Assembly (NCBI RefSeq): GCF_006345805.1
Contig: NW_021832839.1
Location: forward strand, 1 to 64,000
DNA: 64,000 nucleotides
Reading direction: 5' to 3'
From: Octopus sinensis
Taxonomy: Eukaryota
In this document: in pieces, positions 13,330 through 27,309 of the stretch
How the letters are laid out: each line of letters begins with the position of its first letter
Position numbering within the stretch: the stretch's first letter is position 1
Translations under genes and position numbers: made by a program
Notes under the pieces: model-generated
Database searches by the model: none
What the model was told of the DNA's origin: nothing
The model's input: only the letters and a program-made list of their open reading frames with translations

Positions 13330-13990
13330 TTTCAAGTTCCCGTCTTGCAAGGGAGTGGGCACCGGAGCTGAGGCTCTTCCTATCTTCAGCGAAGTCTGAC
13401 ATCTTGATCATTAATGAGACTAAGGTGAAGGAAGCAATGAAAGTGGAATTTGAAGGCTACATGTCTATTAATATCATAATATACCAAAAGGATATCACAG
13501 TCTTGGAGACGACTGTTCTTATGCTATGAGTGCTTATGATATGGATCTCTTCAAGAGTTTGAATCTACACTACCTTGGAGTAATAGTCAACTGCCATGGT
13601 TCGTACGCCGACCACGTAGCTAAACAGAAGAAGAGGATCCTCAAAAGCTTAACCACGTTCCATCTGGATCCGGAAACGTACATATACAAAACGTGTGTAC
13701 GACCAGTCCTCACATATGGCTACGAGGGCTGGCACGGTACGGAGGAGAGTGACTACCTTGTCGGAAAAAAACAAGACGTTTTGCATTGAAACTGGCTTAT
13801 GGAGTATAACTTGATGAAAGGCTAGAAAGGTCGCAAGAATCTTCTGTGCCCACGATCCGGATGGTCTTGGAGAAAAATTGTTGACGCCGACTATAATTGG
13901 GGATACGCATTGAAAGAGACACTTCGGTACCTCGTTTAATCTCTATGTTAACTTATTTTCTTTCGGTTTCTGTTTTTTTGATCAATAAAA
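13330..13990 (+). mobile_element. Heavily deleted LINE remnant (APE start plus RT C-terminus)
   Basis: ELRLFLSSAKSDILIINETK, YLGVIVN and IYKTCVRPVLTYGYEGW; AATAAA at the 3' end. Confidence 0.5.
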
Positions 13991-13999
13991 GACATTCCA

Positions 14000-15560
14000 T
14001 TCCTTTCAAGTGGCGGTTCTTTTTCTGTGACTCTCGTCGTCTTCATTATTGATAATGTTTTTTTTACAATTTAATTAAAGAACGTCTACATTCCAATATA
14101 TGACAGAATCCCGGGAAATTGTCACAATCTTAGCTTTGTAAATTAATTGGAATATTATATTTGGATTACCGAACTTGTTCCTATTTAGATGTACAATCAG
14201 ACGACCCCACTAAGACACATATCATTCTCAAACTGTCCTCATCCAACAATGTTCCTAATAGCTGAATAAGCTTTCCTTTGCGAACAGTGTCAAACGCTCC
14301 GGATAGATCTATACCCAGTATGTAAACTGCCTCCCTCTTCTGAACTCACTTTGTCCCAAAGACAAGAATTTGTCCACGATAGAAGATATTCTGTGAAGAA
14401 CAATCAATGAGAGTAGTTTTCGCAGAGATATTTAAAAAATTATAGGTCTGAGATTTTCTACCGGTTTAACCGCCTTCCCTAGTTTCTATACAGAAATTAA
14501 CACTTCTTGTTCAAGTGAAACTCTGCTTTTGCGTAACTAATGAGCAAGTAAGCTTAGAGTATTTTGAAAGTTCTCCATTAATGCTATCAATCCCATACTC
14601 CTACCAGTTTTCATCTTTGTAAAAGTAATTGGAACAGTTAGACATATATGATATCTAACAAACTGAGATATGTGGTCATTGTCATTTCTAAGAGGGATTC
14701 CTCTTATTTTTCAGTCCTCTTATTTTTCAGTCTTTTTATCAAACATTCTTCTTCCATAGTCATCAAGTAGAATTAACTCTTTTAGGCCTATCTAGCAAAC
14801 GAATAAGTCGGAACATTTTTGGGCCATAATTGAGCTGTTCAGCTTCTTCGGCTACGTAAGATTGTGAATCTATCAGCATGCATTTGAGATTAAATCCAGA
14901 GATGATGTAATATATTTAATCGTAAATAGGTAAAATCTCCCCATTCTGATTTTGTCTTTGTCCCACCAACTTCGTCATATGTCTTGCCGAATGTTTAAAT
15001 GTCTTGTTGCACAAAAAAGATCAAATGAACTTCAGAAGTCTCCTAAAGCTGCGCCATTTGATTTCCTTATTCTTCTACTATAAGCTCCGATAGAATTTTT
15101 ATCCTTACGACGTGTTCTCACTTTTGGATTCCAGTCACCTCCAAGGAAAATGAGAGGAGAAGCACGTATATCTCCTATAGTCATGGCAAGATTTGAGTAA
15201 ACATTTTCAACTTGTTTAGGACATTTCATTGCTTTACCCATTGTTGATGCATATGCTTTAATGCTGATCAGAAGCGCTTTCCTCAGCATTACTTGTAAAA
15301 CTGAGATCCGGTCATTAATTATCTAGCATTTGTAAATTTAGTTGGCATAGATTGCAAATCCACAGTCTTCCGGTTTTAGTAAGATAATCCTAAATAATCC
15401 AACAATCTCCTCAAAATTCTCGTTGAGCTTAGTTTCTTGAAGACAAGTTACTGAAGCTCCATAATAAATTAGGTTCTCATTCAATTGTGTTCTTTGTAGT
15501 GAAGAGGAAATTCCACTGATATTAAACATAAGCACAAATTCTCCAGGATGTGTATTCGAC
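14000..15560 (-). mobile_element. Degraded APE-type LINE (RTE/CR1-like)
   Basis: FNISGISSSLQR...CLQETKL and IFLGGDWNPKV...NGAALGDF endonuclease motifs, with many stops. Confidence 0.6.
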
Positions 15561-16002
15561 ATTAATGCAATAGAGAGATGTGTTTAAGAGGAATAACTAT
15601 CTTTAACAACTCTCCACAGTCAACTACAGATACTACACTTCGACAAAAGTACCTCATTATCCACCAAAAAGCACTTTGGGCACAAATATTTTCCCCGAAA
15701 TGTGTGAAAGTGATAAACCTTATTATAATGATACAAACAGATGATTGTGAATGTTTGGATCGTTGTTGGGACAAATCAGAAAACCATATTCAGATTTTTG
15801 GCTTTTTAGGGTTTTGGAAATTGGTTTTTGGATAATAAAGGTTCCCACTTTTAAATTCATCAAAAGGCCTTTTAAATTTCTCTAGTCAATGCGCATATTA
15901 AATTGACATTTTATTTTTTTAATTTTAATTTTATTATTTGTTAATAAATTAATATACTCCTACAAAAAATTCAAAACAAATAAATTTCAAATAAAAAATC
16001 AA

Positions 16003-16488
16003 ATGAATTTTTTTCGTGGAGCTCCGGAGGATGATCCTCAAGACAATACAAATAAAAACCCAACCTTTAAAGACCAGCACACCTTGGAGGAGAGAATCGC
16101 AATATTCAACCGCATACAAAGCAAAGATAACGAAAAGATCCCAGTCTCGCTAATTTCAGAACATTCCAGGTCATTTTAGAGGCAGATCCCTCCTCCACCC
16201 TGCCCCAACTGATCAGGAATCGATTCCAGACGAGCGCACACATCGAATTCTCCCATTTGATCAACGCAGTGCGGTGACCCTCACTTTATAAAATTCAGAC
16301 GACGACTCGACTTGGACAGTGCCCACGCACTTTTCTTTTACGTGAAAGGAAGGCAGGCAATTTCCCCTCAGTCAAAAATGAGTTATCTCTACTCGGTATG
16401 TGTGTGTGTCTATTGGCAGAAATACAAGGACGAGGACGGATTTTTATATGTCACATACAAAAATGAGTTGGTCTACGGCCGAAATTGA
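16003..16488 (+). CDS. ATG8: ATG8/GABARAP/LC3-family ubiquitin-like protein (absent from the ORF track)
   Basis: Spliced via 26-, 25- and 24-nt introns: FKDQHTLEERI...KIP|VILE...HLINAVR|RRLDLDSAHALFFYV...LYS|KYKDEDGFLYVTYKNELVYG-RN*, with the Gly cleavage site. Confidence 0.9.
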
Positions 16489-16605
16489 TGCTTAACCTAT
16501 TTTCTCTAATCATTCTGTTTGCAGGTGATTTAATTATTGCATCAATTGCTCAATAATATTGATGTGGTGCGGCACTCATTTAAACAAATTAACCAAACAG
16601 ATAGT

Positions 16606-16789
16606 CTAATCCTGGATGTGTAGTTTGGACAGAATGTTTGAATAATTTTCTGCGGTGGTAATATTATTGGTAACTCATTTCTTGAGCAATTTTTCCGCGG
16701 AATAGGCTGACGTCTTCTAAAACACTTTCCAGTTTCTCTACTGACTCTTCTAGTTCTATGTTTTGTAGTAAGTCAGGTCCACTCCACAT
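16606..16789 (-). CDS. Possible small helical orphan protein
   Basis: MWSGPDLLQNIELEESVEKLESVLEDV...QEM|KNYSNILSKLHIQD* via a 25-nt GT-AG intron. Upstream exons are possible. Confidence 0.3.
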
Positions 16790-16949
16790 AACAAGCTTAC
16801 TTTTAAGTTTATATTTTAATTCGCGTAAATAATAATAAATTAACTACAATTCACAGCAGTGTCATGTGAATGTACAATGTTCATATTTTAAATATTTCTA
16901 CAAAGAAATCAGTCAAAAATGTTTTTATTCTAAATTTATTTTTAACTCG

Positions 16950-17870
16950 CAATTTGGGAGTTAAATACCCACTCCGTTCAGTCGACTGTCTCTAATAAGG
17001 TGGTTGAAATACGTGTGGACCCGATACTATAGCCAATAAAAATAAACCGGGCATTCTACGACAAATTCGGAACATCATTACGAAGTTGGGATTACTTCTC
17101 AACAATTTTTGAAGCATTTGAAGTTGAGAAATTTGGAAAGCGAATTGAGGTTAATCCACAATGCAAAGGTGAATCGTTGGTTCTCATGTGGGGTGGAATA
17201 AACTACCAAAACTCCCTACAAGTCCATGACTCTGTGTTCAGACAATCGTAATAAAAAAAACTGAAAACATGCGCCCGGAGTACAAACTCTTGCCTACAAC
17301 GGCCAAGCATTCGATGAATGAACGACTAAATAAAGGAAGCAGCCACCACGAGACACAAGAGGAACCTGTGAAGGATACAGACGCTGTATTCCGGCCTATG
17401 AATCTGGCGGAAGGAGGCGGATCGATAGCAAAGAGAAGCAAATTGGAACCAAAATTCTCATAAGATATTTTTTCAACTTGAATGAATTTAGTAATTTGGA
17501 TTGGTTTAACAAAACTCGTAATCATTTTATGATAATTCTTAAACCACACTTGGAGAAAAATCTGAGATTAAATCGTTAATTGCCATAACGACGCATTTAA
17601 AAACCCAGCTCCCGACAAGCGGAATGTCTCATGATTTCAAGACAACTCTGGCAAACAATCGGAAAGTCGACATTTTGTACCTCCAACAGAAAAAGATCAT
17701 GGAACGCGAAAAAAGTAAGAAAATAAATGAAATTGACCGACAAATGAACTGTTTGAGACATTCTGTTGTCCAAAGTGAAAAGACAGTCAGTGATGACCAA
17801 ATAAAAAGAGGTTAAAACTTTTTTTCGATTGCAGAACACACTTCCCAACATTCAGTCGTCAAGGAAGTGG
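16950..17870 (+). CDS. Uncharacterised multi-exon gene with charged, coiled-coil-like segments
   Basis: Coding-like composition and the ORF piece LYLQQKKIMEREKSKKINEIDRQMNCLR. Exon structure not resolved. Confidence 0.35.
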
Positions 17871-17977
17871 GAGAATGTGACTAATTATAACATTTCCTTC
17901 ACTTACTGAATAACCCAACAGATCAGAACATTTAAAATATCAAACAATAGCACAAATAGGAAATAAAAGTGGGGAAA

Positions 17978-19438
17978 TTAGTCAGCCTTCTTTTCTGTCT
18001 TGCGTGGAAATAAAACGAAGGTGACGACCGTGTATATAAGGAGAACAACCAGGAAGACAGCCCAAGACACGACAATGGCAGGGGGTGGAGGGGTGGTCAC
18101 CAGTTCCCACTCGAATTTGGTATAAACGAGCAACTCGGTGAAAATGAAAGCCAGAAATATCCACGACTGAGGACCGAACCGATTGCAGGAATCCCTGAAT
18201 TGTGAATAAAGAAGACAACTCCAAGTCGACGTAGCTGTAGATCTCACGGAGGGCCACGCCACCGGACAAATAAATGATGGCAGTCCTGAGGACACACAGA
18301 AAGTGCGACTCGGGGATCCACAGAGCAAACTTTATGTAGAAAAAGTTAACTTGTGCGAGCAAAAACTGCCATGAGAAAAAGGACTGACCATAAAAATGAC
18401 GAAAATTGTGATAATCCATCGATGGAGACTGGCCGTGGGTCTCCAATTGTAGGTCTTCCAGTTATAAGGAGAGAATTGAAGCAGCAGTCGTTTAGTCTTG
18501 CCTCTGCGGTGGGGAAGGAGAGGAACCTCATGCTGGGAATGCTTCTCAGGGACTTCCAGTGGTAGGGCTTGATTTTGAGATAGTCGAGGACTCGCAGTCC
18601 CAAATAAATGCCCGTCGAATTGGTAAGGAGAATGTCGAGAATGAACTAGACATAGAGAAGAGTGCTCACATGGTCCCACCAACACTCGATGAAGTTGGGG
18701 AGTTGGTGCATGAGTGTGTACTCCATCACTTCGAATCCCAGACTGATGATGTGGCACAGCAACCAATCACGCAGAATCAGAGCCTAAATAACAACATGGG
18801 ACCTCACTTGTAGAAACCAGCCGAAAAAATGTGCCGCAATGAACATGTCCAGTTTGTCCTACAATAAACGTGACCTTCAACCTTAAAGAATTTGAAAGGG
18901 TCGTCGGGATTGGCCACTGGGTCGTATATTGCACAATTCCCGTACTGTCGCTCCTTGAATGGTTGGCCCAGGGAAGGATCGAACACCTTCATCATGTTCC
19001 GGGCATCCCCCGCAGTCTAAGTCAGTCACTTCATGTACTTGGAAGAGAAGAAAGATGAGGGCAAGTTCGTAAAGTATCGAGACCGCCAAGACCAGTCTCC
19101 ACAGTGCTGCCAATAACATTCAGAAGGCAACCAGGGTGGGGTCTCATGAAGGGCCCGTCGGGGAGTTGGATCACACAGTAGAACAGGAAGGACACGATGA
19201 CTGCCACGAATCCTCTACTGACTGAATGTACAGCCCAAACCGCTTCTTGTTATAAAGAGGGTCGCTAAAGTCCCCGTAGTTGGCTCCAATGTAGACGATT
19301 GTCAGGAATATTATCAAAAGTAGGCTTGTGTGGGCCTTACTATCAGTGGGGACTGTTTGACAACCTGAAATACGACTTTTGTCCATCATCATAGAACTGA
19401 ACTTCTTTTTGATTATCTGCCCAGTTCTGCGCTTGCAT
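17978..19438 (-). CDS. PTDSS1: Phosphatidylserine synthase (base-exchange type)
   Basis: Spliced KAHTSLLL...GPFMRPHP|[20 protein letters not shown]-like segment and many transmembrane segments. PTDSS1 versus PTDSS2 not resolved. Confidence 0.88.
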
Positions 19439-19529
19439 GTTCCTATTAGGCCGACTGCTAACCACGTAGATTTCTTGCCCACGCTTAGTAATTCGAATAT
19501 TAATTTACGGCGTGTGGCGTAAATAATTA

Positions 19530-22500
19530 TGACTTATTGTGTGAAAATTATTACTAATCTTGATTGTTCACAAACCCACTTTCCCTGACTCTGCTCCGAC
19601 AACCACCATCATTGGTCTCACAATATTTTCATTCCAAATTATCTAAAACGGAGCCACTACTCAGTGCAAGATGGATTAGAAATATTAAATGTGTCAATAA
19701 CACGTTGTTGACATAAACCCGACAATAAAGCGAAATAATCCGAACAATAACTTGATTTAGATACGATTGATTCGACTTTTAATATTCGATTTCCGTTCAG
19801 CTATTAAATATGTCGTATTATTCAAAAAACAAAGTACTTTCTATTTGTTATATTTAGCAAACTGGAGAGAATTGGAGGGAATCAGTCATGGAATTACTTG
19901 CAGTAGTTTTATTTATTCCAGTCTAGGAAAATTACATCAGGAACAGAAAGAAAAAGACTGTCGATTCGGGCACATTCATCGAAGAATGCTATTTTGCCAA
20001 AAGAAATGTGCATGTTTTAGTTGATCAGTGATAGGCTAAAGAAGAAGACCAAACCAGAATCAGCGAAAATTATTTACTCACTAGAAATTATACATTCTCC
20101 AATAAAGACGAAACTTTAAACAGAAAAAACGCCAATTTTGATTTTTACAACCCTCTTTTGAAAAATGAACCCAAAAAACGCGTCATTGCTAAAAACTCTT
20201 TATGGAGACAACTTATAAATTCATTGAACATTGGCAAGTTTTACTTTTCCAAAGTGCGAATAATCGTGATTGCCGACCCAGAGGGTATTGAAGCAACAAT
20301 CTAATCACCAGATTTCTTGTTCGAGAGGAAAGAGTACTTGACAACCATCATCAGAATTTTGCAACAAAAATTTTATTTATACCAGTTTGAGGTGGTGATG
20401 ACCGACTTTGCTTCCGGGGTTCACCCTCTCTTCATGAACAAAGCTTTCTTCGACAACATTATGGAGCAAATCAGCTTTTGGGACGATCCCCACTGCAAAT
20501 TTTTCCTTATCGTTAGAAACTGTGAATTGTTCCTTTAGATGTTCATCGACGAAGAAAGTGACCGATTTCTTTTACCAGAGTGTCTGCCGTCGGAATTGTT
20601 CTTGCCAGTACTCAATTTGAAATCTTCAAAGAATATTTTTGTTATTTGCGAAAAGGCACTGTCGACTAAAGATCAAAAAATCTTCAAAGACGACATTCTC
20701 TTTCTGAAGGAATGGTACGTGGTAAACAAGTCGAACAGAGTTTTGCAAAATTTCAAGTTTGCTTTATATTTCTATAAGCAGAGAAAAAATGAAGAAATAT
20801 AAATTGACCGAAGAGCAAGTTTTGTCTGAGCTAGAAAGAGTTCGGAAAATTATTTTTAAATACCGGAATCTTGCCATATTCAAAAACTGTGTGCTCACCA
20901 CATGTAATATATAATTACCATTAATAAGCGAATTGTGATATATTTTATAACAATTGCGATGGTTGTAATTTAACTTGCAGACACCGAAAAGTTGTTTCAA
21001 ATGTTGAAACAAAAGTTCTTATTCCAAAGAGAAGATGTGCTTATTTTTGAACGCAGAAATATACAGATCAACAATGTGGCTCTTTCCTACAGTGACTCGA
21101 TTCGAGAAATGATTCCATCGTTTTACGAGAACAGACGGAATAATTCATTTCACAGATATTTGCACTGCTTCGTAGTACTTACTGGAACTAATTTAGATTC
21201 CTAATAAAAACAAGCGAAACTATCCTTCCAACCCTCCTAACGACATTTCCCCTTCAGCCCTTCAAGAAAATAACAATTATACAAAAAAATTGATCCTTCA
21301 GTCGTACGGCATTTTTATAGACAAAATCCTATCATACATTGACAAAAAATCACAGGCTATTTTGAGAAATAATCTCGACTTTGAGGTAGACTACTGGAAT
21401 CACATCAGTTACTTTTCCCGAATGTTTATTCTGATTGACACGTTTGTGTTTAGATATAAAAAGTCGGTCATCGAAATCTCCAATTTTGAAAACATGATTG
21501 AAGAAATGAACCAACTGCCCCAGAGCGAGTGCTACATTTCTGGACCTGTTGGATCAGGCAAGACGGCTGTGCTTTGTAAGATAGCCCACTATTACTTGAT
21601 TCATTACTCGTATGCAGTCAAAGATGAATTTATAGAAACGTCAAACTGGTTTATTTGGCTGGATTGCTGCTGGACAGTGACTCTTCCACTAAGAAGGTGT
21701 TCGAACTATTTTCGCTGCAATTACTCAAGATTGTATGTCTGGGCTGACGCTAAAATTAGGTCGAATCCAGCAAAAAAAAGAATTATTCAAAGGAAATATA
21801 TAATTTGCTGCTGCGGGAGGCTGAAAACCAGCCTGTTTATCTGTTTATTGACAACTTGGACAGACTGCCTGGTTTGACTGTCCAACCAATTAAATAGACT
21901 TTGGCAACGAGGAGCACTGGACACTCAATATTCCCGCGAATTGCTACTTATTTGCCACCCTGGCGGAAGACAACTTCCGTTCGATTCAATCTTCGGACTA
22001 CAAAATATACACCATATTTTTTTCGCTTCAAGATGGTCAGCGAATTGACTACCAGATATATTTCTCTGAATTATTTCCCCCTCGTCATGTGACTGAACAG
22101 TATGTTATCGACACGAATAATCTTGTTCTCAAATCTCTTGTGCCTCGGGAAATTTTGGAGTCCACATATCCCATTAGACTAGCCAAGTGTTTTGGTCTGT
22201 TAGAAGAACGTTTTGGCACTCAGGCAATTAAAGATATTTCTGCCATGATAACAGTCTCCAAGGACGGAATAAGCGAAGAAACCTTCAAACAAATTCTCAA
22301 CGCACAGCAGCAGCCATGCTATCCGCAATTGTCGAAGGAGGGAATGGTCCCGGATTACATTTTCAACTCGATTTGGATTGCTCTCAGTGAGTTTTGTATG
22401 AATAGTACTCAAAACGATTCGTTTGTAATGAATTGGAAAAACGAAACAGTTGCAAAGTTTGTCAAAAATCGATATTTGAATCAGGAGGTCGTCGTGTTCT

Positions 22501-25246
22501 ACACCCAAAAATTGGCGGACTACCTTCTGCGTCGGAAAGCTAGTATACTCACGTTTACGGGTCCCCTCAACAACAGCAAGGCCGCCAAAGTCTATACAGA
22601 AAACAAACTGTCGCTCAAGATTATCCGCGAACTCCCATTTTACTTGAGAAATGCTCGTTTGTTGGATATAATGAAGGTCGAATATTTACTCAACCAAAAA
22701 TTCCTCTCTTTCATTCTGCAACATCAGGGAATTGAAGTGGCCGTCCAGGACTTTGATTTCTACCTCTCTCACAAAAAAGATTTTGACGTTCTCTTGCTCA
22801 GGAAAATAATTAAAGCCTCTTTTGCTGTCCTGAGCACTTTTCCTAACGAACTCAAGTCAGTGGTCATTGCCCACCTGGATAAGTATTTTGACAGAATAAA
22901 CAGTGAGGAAAGAGAACTGCTCAAAGCCACTGAACAGTTTTTTAATGATTGCAAAACCAGTGCAGATCCACTTTTTATAACTTCGGAGAGGTGTCTCCCT
23001 TCTTTCGAAAACCCAACGCCCACTCTGCTTGAGTCCAACATAAGTTCAAAGGCGGAAAAAATTATCGGACCCGATATTGAAAAGGGCATTCTGATTTATA
23101 AAAAGAGCGGAAAGGTCAAAAACCTGAAGACGGGGTCTAAAAATCGAATATGTTCCGATCAAATAATTCAACTGGAATTACTTTTCGATACACTTTTGGT
23201 GGCGGCCGGGAGCGGCGTAATAACTTTTTACGACACCACTACAAACAGTGTCCTCGATGCAGTTTGTAGTATTTAACATCTCCAGTGCACAGAATTTTCC
23301 GAAAGAGTTAATTTTTGTTCCTGCGTAACGACGAAATCAGTTTTCGCCGTGTCAAACTTCGATTCCAAAATTTTGCAGTGGAAAATGGCCCCTGATTGCA
23401 GTATTGTGTTGCATCGCAGGTTAATTTTACCCGATCTGGACATTTTTTCTCGTGAAATCATTTTACCAGTCGAAACTCCGGAAGATGAGGTTTGCTGTTG
23501 AATTCATTTAGATCGTGTATGGCCTCAAATACACCAACAAACTAAATATACATAATCTCGCATCAGAAGTGACCAAGGACGTGAATTTATCATCCAAAAT
23601 AACCATTCAGAACAATCTAGTTTGGACGGGGAAAAATATAGTATTTCCTTATAAAACGGTCAATGATCATCACAATTCTCACGTGGGTGTAGTTGCACAC
23701 AATTCTTGGAATAACTTGTCCCTTTCTGTCTGTTTTAATGAAAGTGAAATCGTCGAAATCAGAGTCATTCCTGTCTTTAATTTGGAGGTTATTTCTTAGG
23801 CAACCCAGAATTGTGCCATTTTATTAAAATCCTACAAATTGTGTGAAATGAGCGAAATCCGCATAATGGACAGCGAGTATGGAATGGTCTTTCTGAAGAT
23901 TGCCACGTTGTACGAATTGACTTCCTTATTCCCTGCAAGGAATAAGTTGGCGTGCGGTTTCGATTATTAGAAAAATGTTGACTCTGTCACGGGAGAGTGG
24001 TTCAATCGAGTTGTGGGACATAGGGGAAGACGTCCAGTGGGACTTTGGTAGTGTTCCCACCCAAAAAGGTAAAGCTACAATTCAGTTCCAGGTCTAACAT
24101 TTTATGGAAATTTTGATGAGGCCATTGTGGTGGACAAGAATGACTCAACTCTGAAAGTCTACCAAATAAGCGAGGAAGGCGAGTGCAGGAGGACGGATTT
24201 AGTGGACTTGAAATTTGAGGGGACACTTTTCTACAACAAAAAAAGAATTTTAATTCTCCGAAATCGAGAGTACGTGGAAAATATAAACGATGTGATCTCA
24301 TGTTACACCCAAATTATAATATTCGACATCCAGCAGAAAAAAGTGGTCATTTCAGTATAGTCCGCACTAATAGTCTAGTTGTCTGGGCTGAGTATCCCTG
24401 TCCATCTACCCCACGAGTACATATATTTAAGCAACAATCACCTGATCTGTCCTTCCAGCTCTCGGGACCATTTGGTTGTGTGGAACATGGAGACGGGGTA
24501 CATCGTCAGGCGAATCAAAATTGCAAAAAAGGTTTTTTAGAATCATTAGCTACAAGTTCGACACGGATGTAATTGAGCACTTGGACAAGATTGATTCATT
24601 TATAATGAGTGGAAATGAACAAATAGTTGTCGTCTCTTACTTTTCTAACGAACTCTTTGTTTTCCGGACTCAGGAGACCTTCGAATTTCTTGTACACTAA
24701 TATAATCTAATTCCCTGCAAGAGAATAAAGGTTGACACTGAAAACGGAATTAACCTTCGGAATGCCTGCATTTCCTACGATGGGACAACCCTTTTATTCG
24801 AATGTTACTCGAACAAGCTCAACTCGACGTGCATTATGATATGGGACTTGCTGAAGAATGTTCGAATAAGAACTCTGCTTAATTCAGACCAAATTATTTC
24901 CACAGACTTGTCCACCAACGGCTTATCTATGGGAGTTTTATGTCCATGTAGTTTGTACATTGGAGAGGTAAATCATTGTGTCAGGAGACTGTCTCATCCA
25001 AATGGGTATGTAGTGGGGGAGAATTCGAGAATACATTGTTTCCAAAAGTTTAATCGGGTCTTGGTGGTGTCGAGAGTGATATTTCTTTGGTCAATGGGAA
25101 ATTACTCTCTTTTGGCCACGTTCAGTTTGTTTTTTCCGTTATATGATTATGCGCTTCTTTACGACGGGGGATGCATCACACTAGGACTAAACAAGAACCA
25201 GAACTTGGTGGTTGTTCGTATTCAAGACATGTGCTTAAAGCAGTAA
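19530..25246 (+). CDS. NACHT and WD-repeat protein (NWD1/NWD2-like STAND ATPase); start uncertain
   Basis: N-terminal VRIIVIADPE|DFLFERKEYL...FEVVMTDF (DUF4062-like), Walker A ISGPVGSGKT, a helical region (ELPFYL) and C-terminal WD-like strands. Confidence 0.72.
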
Positions 25247-25689
25247 CTCTATTAATATTCTACTAACAAAACCATATTTTTAATCCATTTCCTCCAATAT
25301 GTCATAAAAATAGATCAACGTATCCTAATTTGAAAATTTCATTCAGTATTAGATTATTTGGTCCTCATAATTTTACCTATTTTTAAGATTTTGAAAGAAT
25401 AAGCTTCTTTATATGTTTTTTGACAAACAATGTGATTCCATTTTTCAATGGAATTCTGTTCATTCCCAATTCCTTTTTAGCATATTCGGTCAATATATAA
25501 CGATTACAGAGAATGATGACGAATTAATTAGATTGAAAACTTTCTTTTGAATTCAGATTAAACCATTTTATTAGGCTCGTTATAATATTCTTTATAAAAT
25601 AGAACTAATTAACGGTATACATTTATTCGGCGGTGGACATTGGAGATTTTCTAACATTCCAAGAACTACATTTTCGTCAATATATTATA

Positions 25690-27265
25690 ATGAGCCAAGT
25701 AGAATTTTCAGACTAATGCAACAGCACTCATTTCTGCGACAGTTTCCATTATTTAATGCTTTGAAAATTACATTCAGCTTTCTCGGAGTTGTAGCACTTC
25801 TACCCTGGAATATCATGATCAATATCGCCGAAGAGGTTAATTATGGGCTTTCACTTGCAGTATTTTATAACTTACCGCCTATCAGTGAATAATGCGACTA
25901 GTAATCGTGTTGTGGTTCTGAGGGATTCTGCAATAACAGACATTATCATTATCTCTCAGTCTATGCTGTTGTTGACGGGGATTGTAAGTTTTTTCCACCG
26001 TCCCAAAAAGTATTACAAATTTCTGGAATATATTCAGAGGACTGGAGATAACATATATTGCAATTTCAATAATGACAATTCTGATTGGATTTATTATATT
26101 ATTCATTCTGGCGTTTATAGACTCCACTTCATGTAGTCCCCAATATTGTTATTCACAGGGCAGGTCGAGTTCATATATCTCAACTACTTTATCAATTCAG
26201 TCAGTCAAGGTTGACTGTCCATTTATATTACAGTGGCCTCTGCCTGGGCACAAATTTCAATGTTCGCAGTTGCCGGAATTTTCCAGGAAAAAGGAATTAT
26301 TTCCCATCAATCATCACAGGAATGGTCAACATTTATAATTTTATTGCAGAATCTTTGCGGAGTGATAGCCATCATTTTCTTCGTTGTGCTTAAACTGGGT
26401 CAGTGCAATCTATTTAGTCACTCCGACAGTTTACATGGCTATTTGGAAACTGGTGGCAATCTACTACTCATTTGCCATATTGATGTGTGTTGGTGGACTA
26501 GGACTGTGTAAATGGATGAAAGAACAGGTCGGTTGTTTTTTTACCCAGAAATAGGAATTGTACACCAAAGCACGCAACTCTGATGAAATTTCTACATTGT
26601 GGAAAATCAGAATAAAAAACGACATGAAAAGGCTACTTACTTCATTCAAATTGGTGAGGTTATACTTAATTACATAATCAAGTGTTATCCATCCGTTCTC
26701 TCGACATATACAGTCTTCACAGTCACCCTCACTGTCTTTCCAGAGTTATTGAGGACAACAGTCCCAACGGAGCCGAGCAATCAACTTCCGAGTAGCGGGG
26801 AATGTGAAATTGTGTAGATGATTGGTTCGAAATAATTTGTTCGTTTGTCATTTTTAACGTGTTGGCGCTGGTTACTTCTCCATTGCCAGATTTTTTCAAA
26901 TTTGTATTATTTTTGTGTAAATTCTTAAGCCTTCGAAAAGATTTATATTTATCCCTGCACTTTTGCGGATTTCCTTTATCCCGTTATTTATGTACTGCAA
27001 CAGCTATGGAAAGATTCGTCAGTTTGGCTATGTGTTTCCCGACTGGGTGTTTATATGTCTGTCTATCGTGTTTGCACTCTCCCACGGATATTACTCGAGT
27101 CTGGCCTCGTATTACTCCCCTGAGTAGGCAGCATTTAACTACCGTAGATTTGCTCGTGGATATGAAAGAGAGGCAGGCTACCTGACCTCGGTATTTACCA
27201 CGGCAGGGCTGCTCAGTGGAGGCCTTCTTAGTAAATTGATAAAGTATATAATAACCAACAAATAA
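25690..27265 (+). CDS. Equilibrative nucleoside transporter (SLC29)
   Basis: FLGVVALLPWNIMI (TM1), FTVTLTVFP, LLRISFIPLFMYCN, FALSHGYYSSL and a C-terminal GLLSG helix. Stop at 27263-27265. Confidence 0.8.
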
Positions 27266-27309
27266 TTAATTTTTACAATTTGTTTGAATCTTTCTGTTCA
27301 TATTACATA

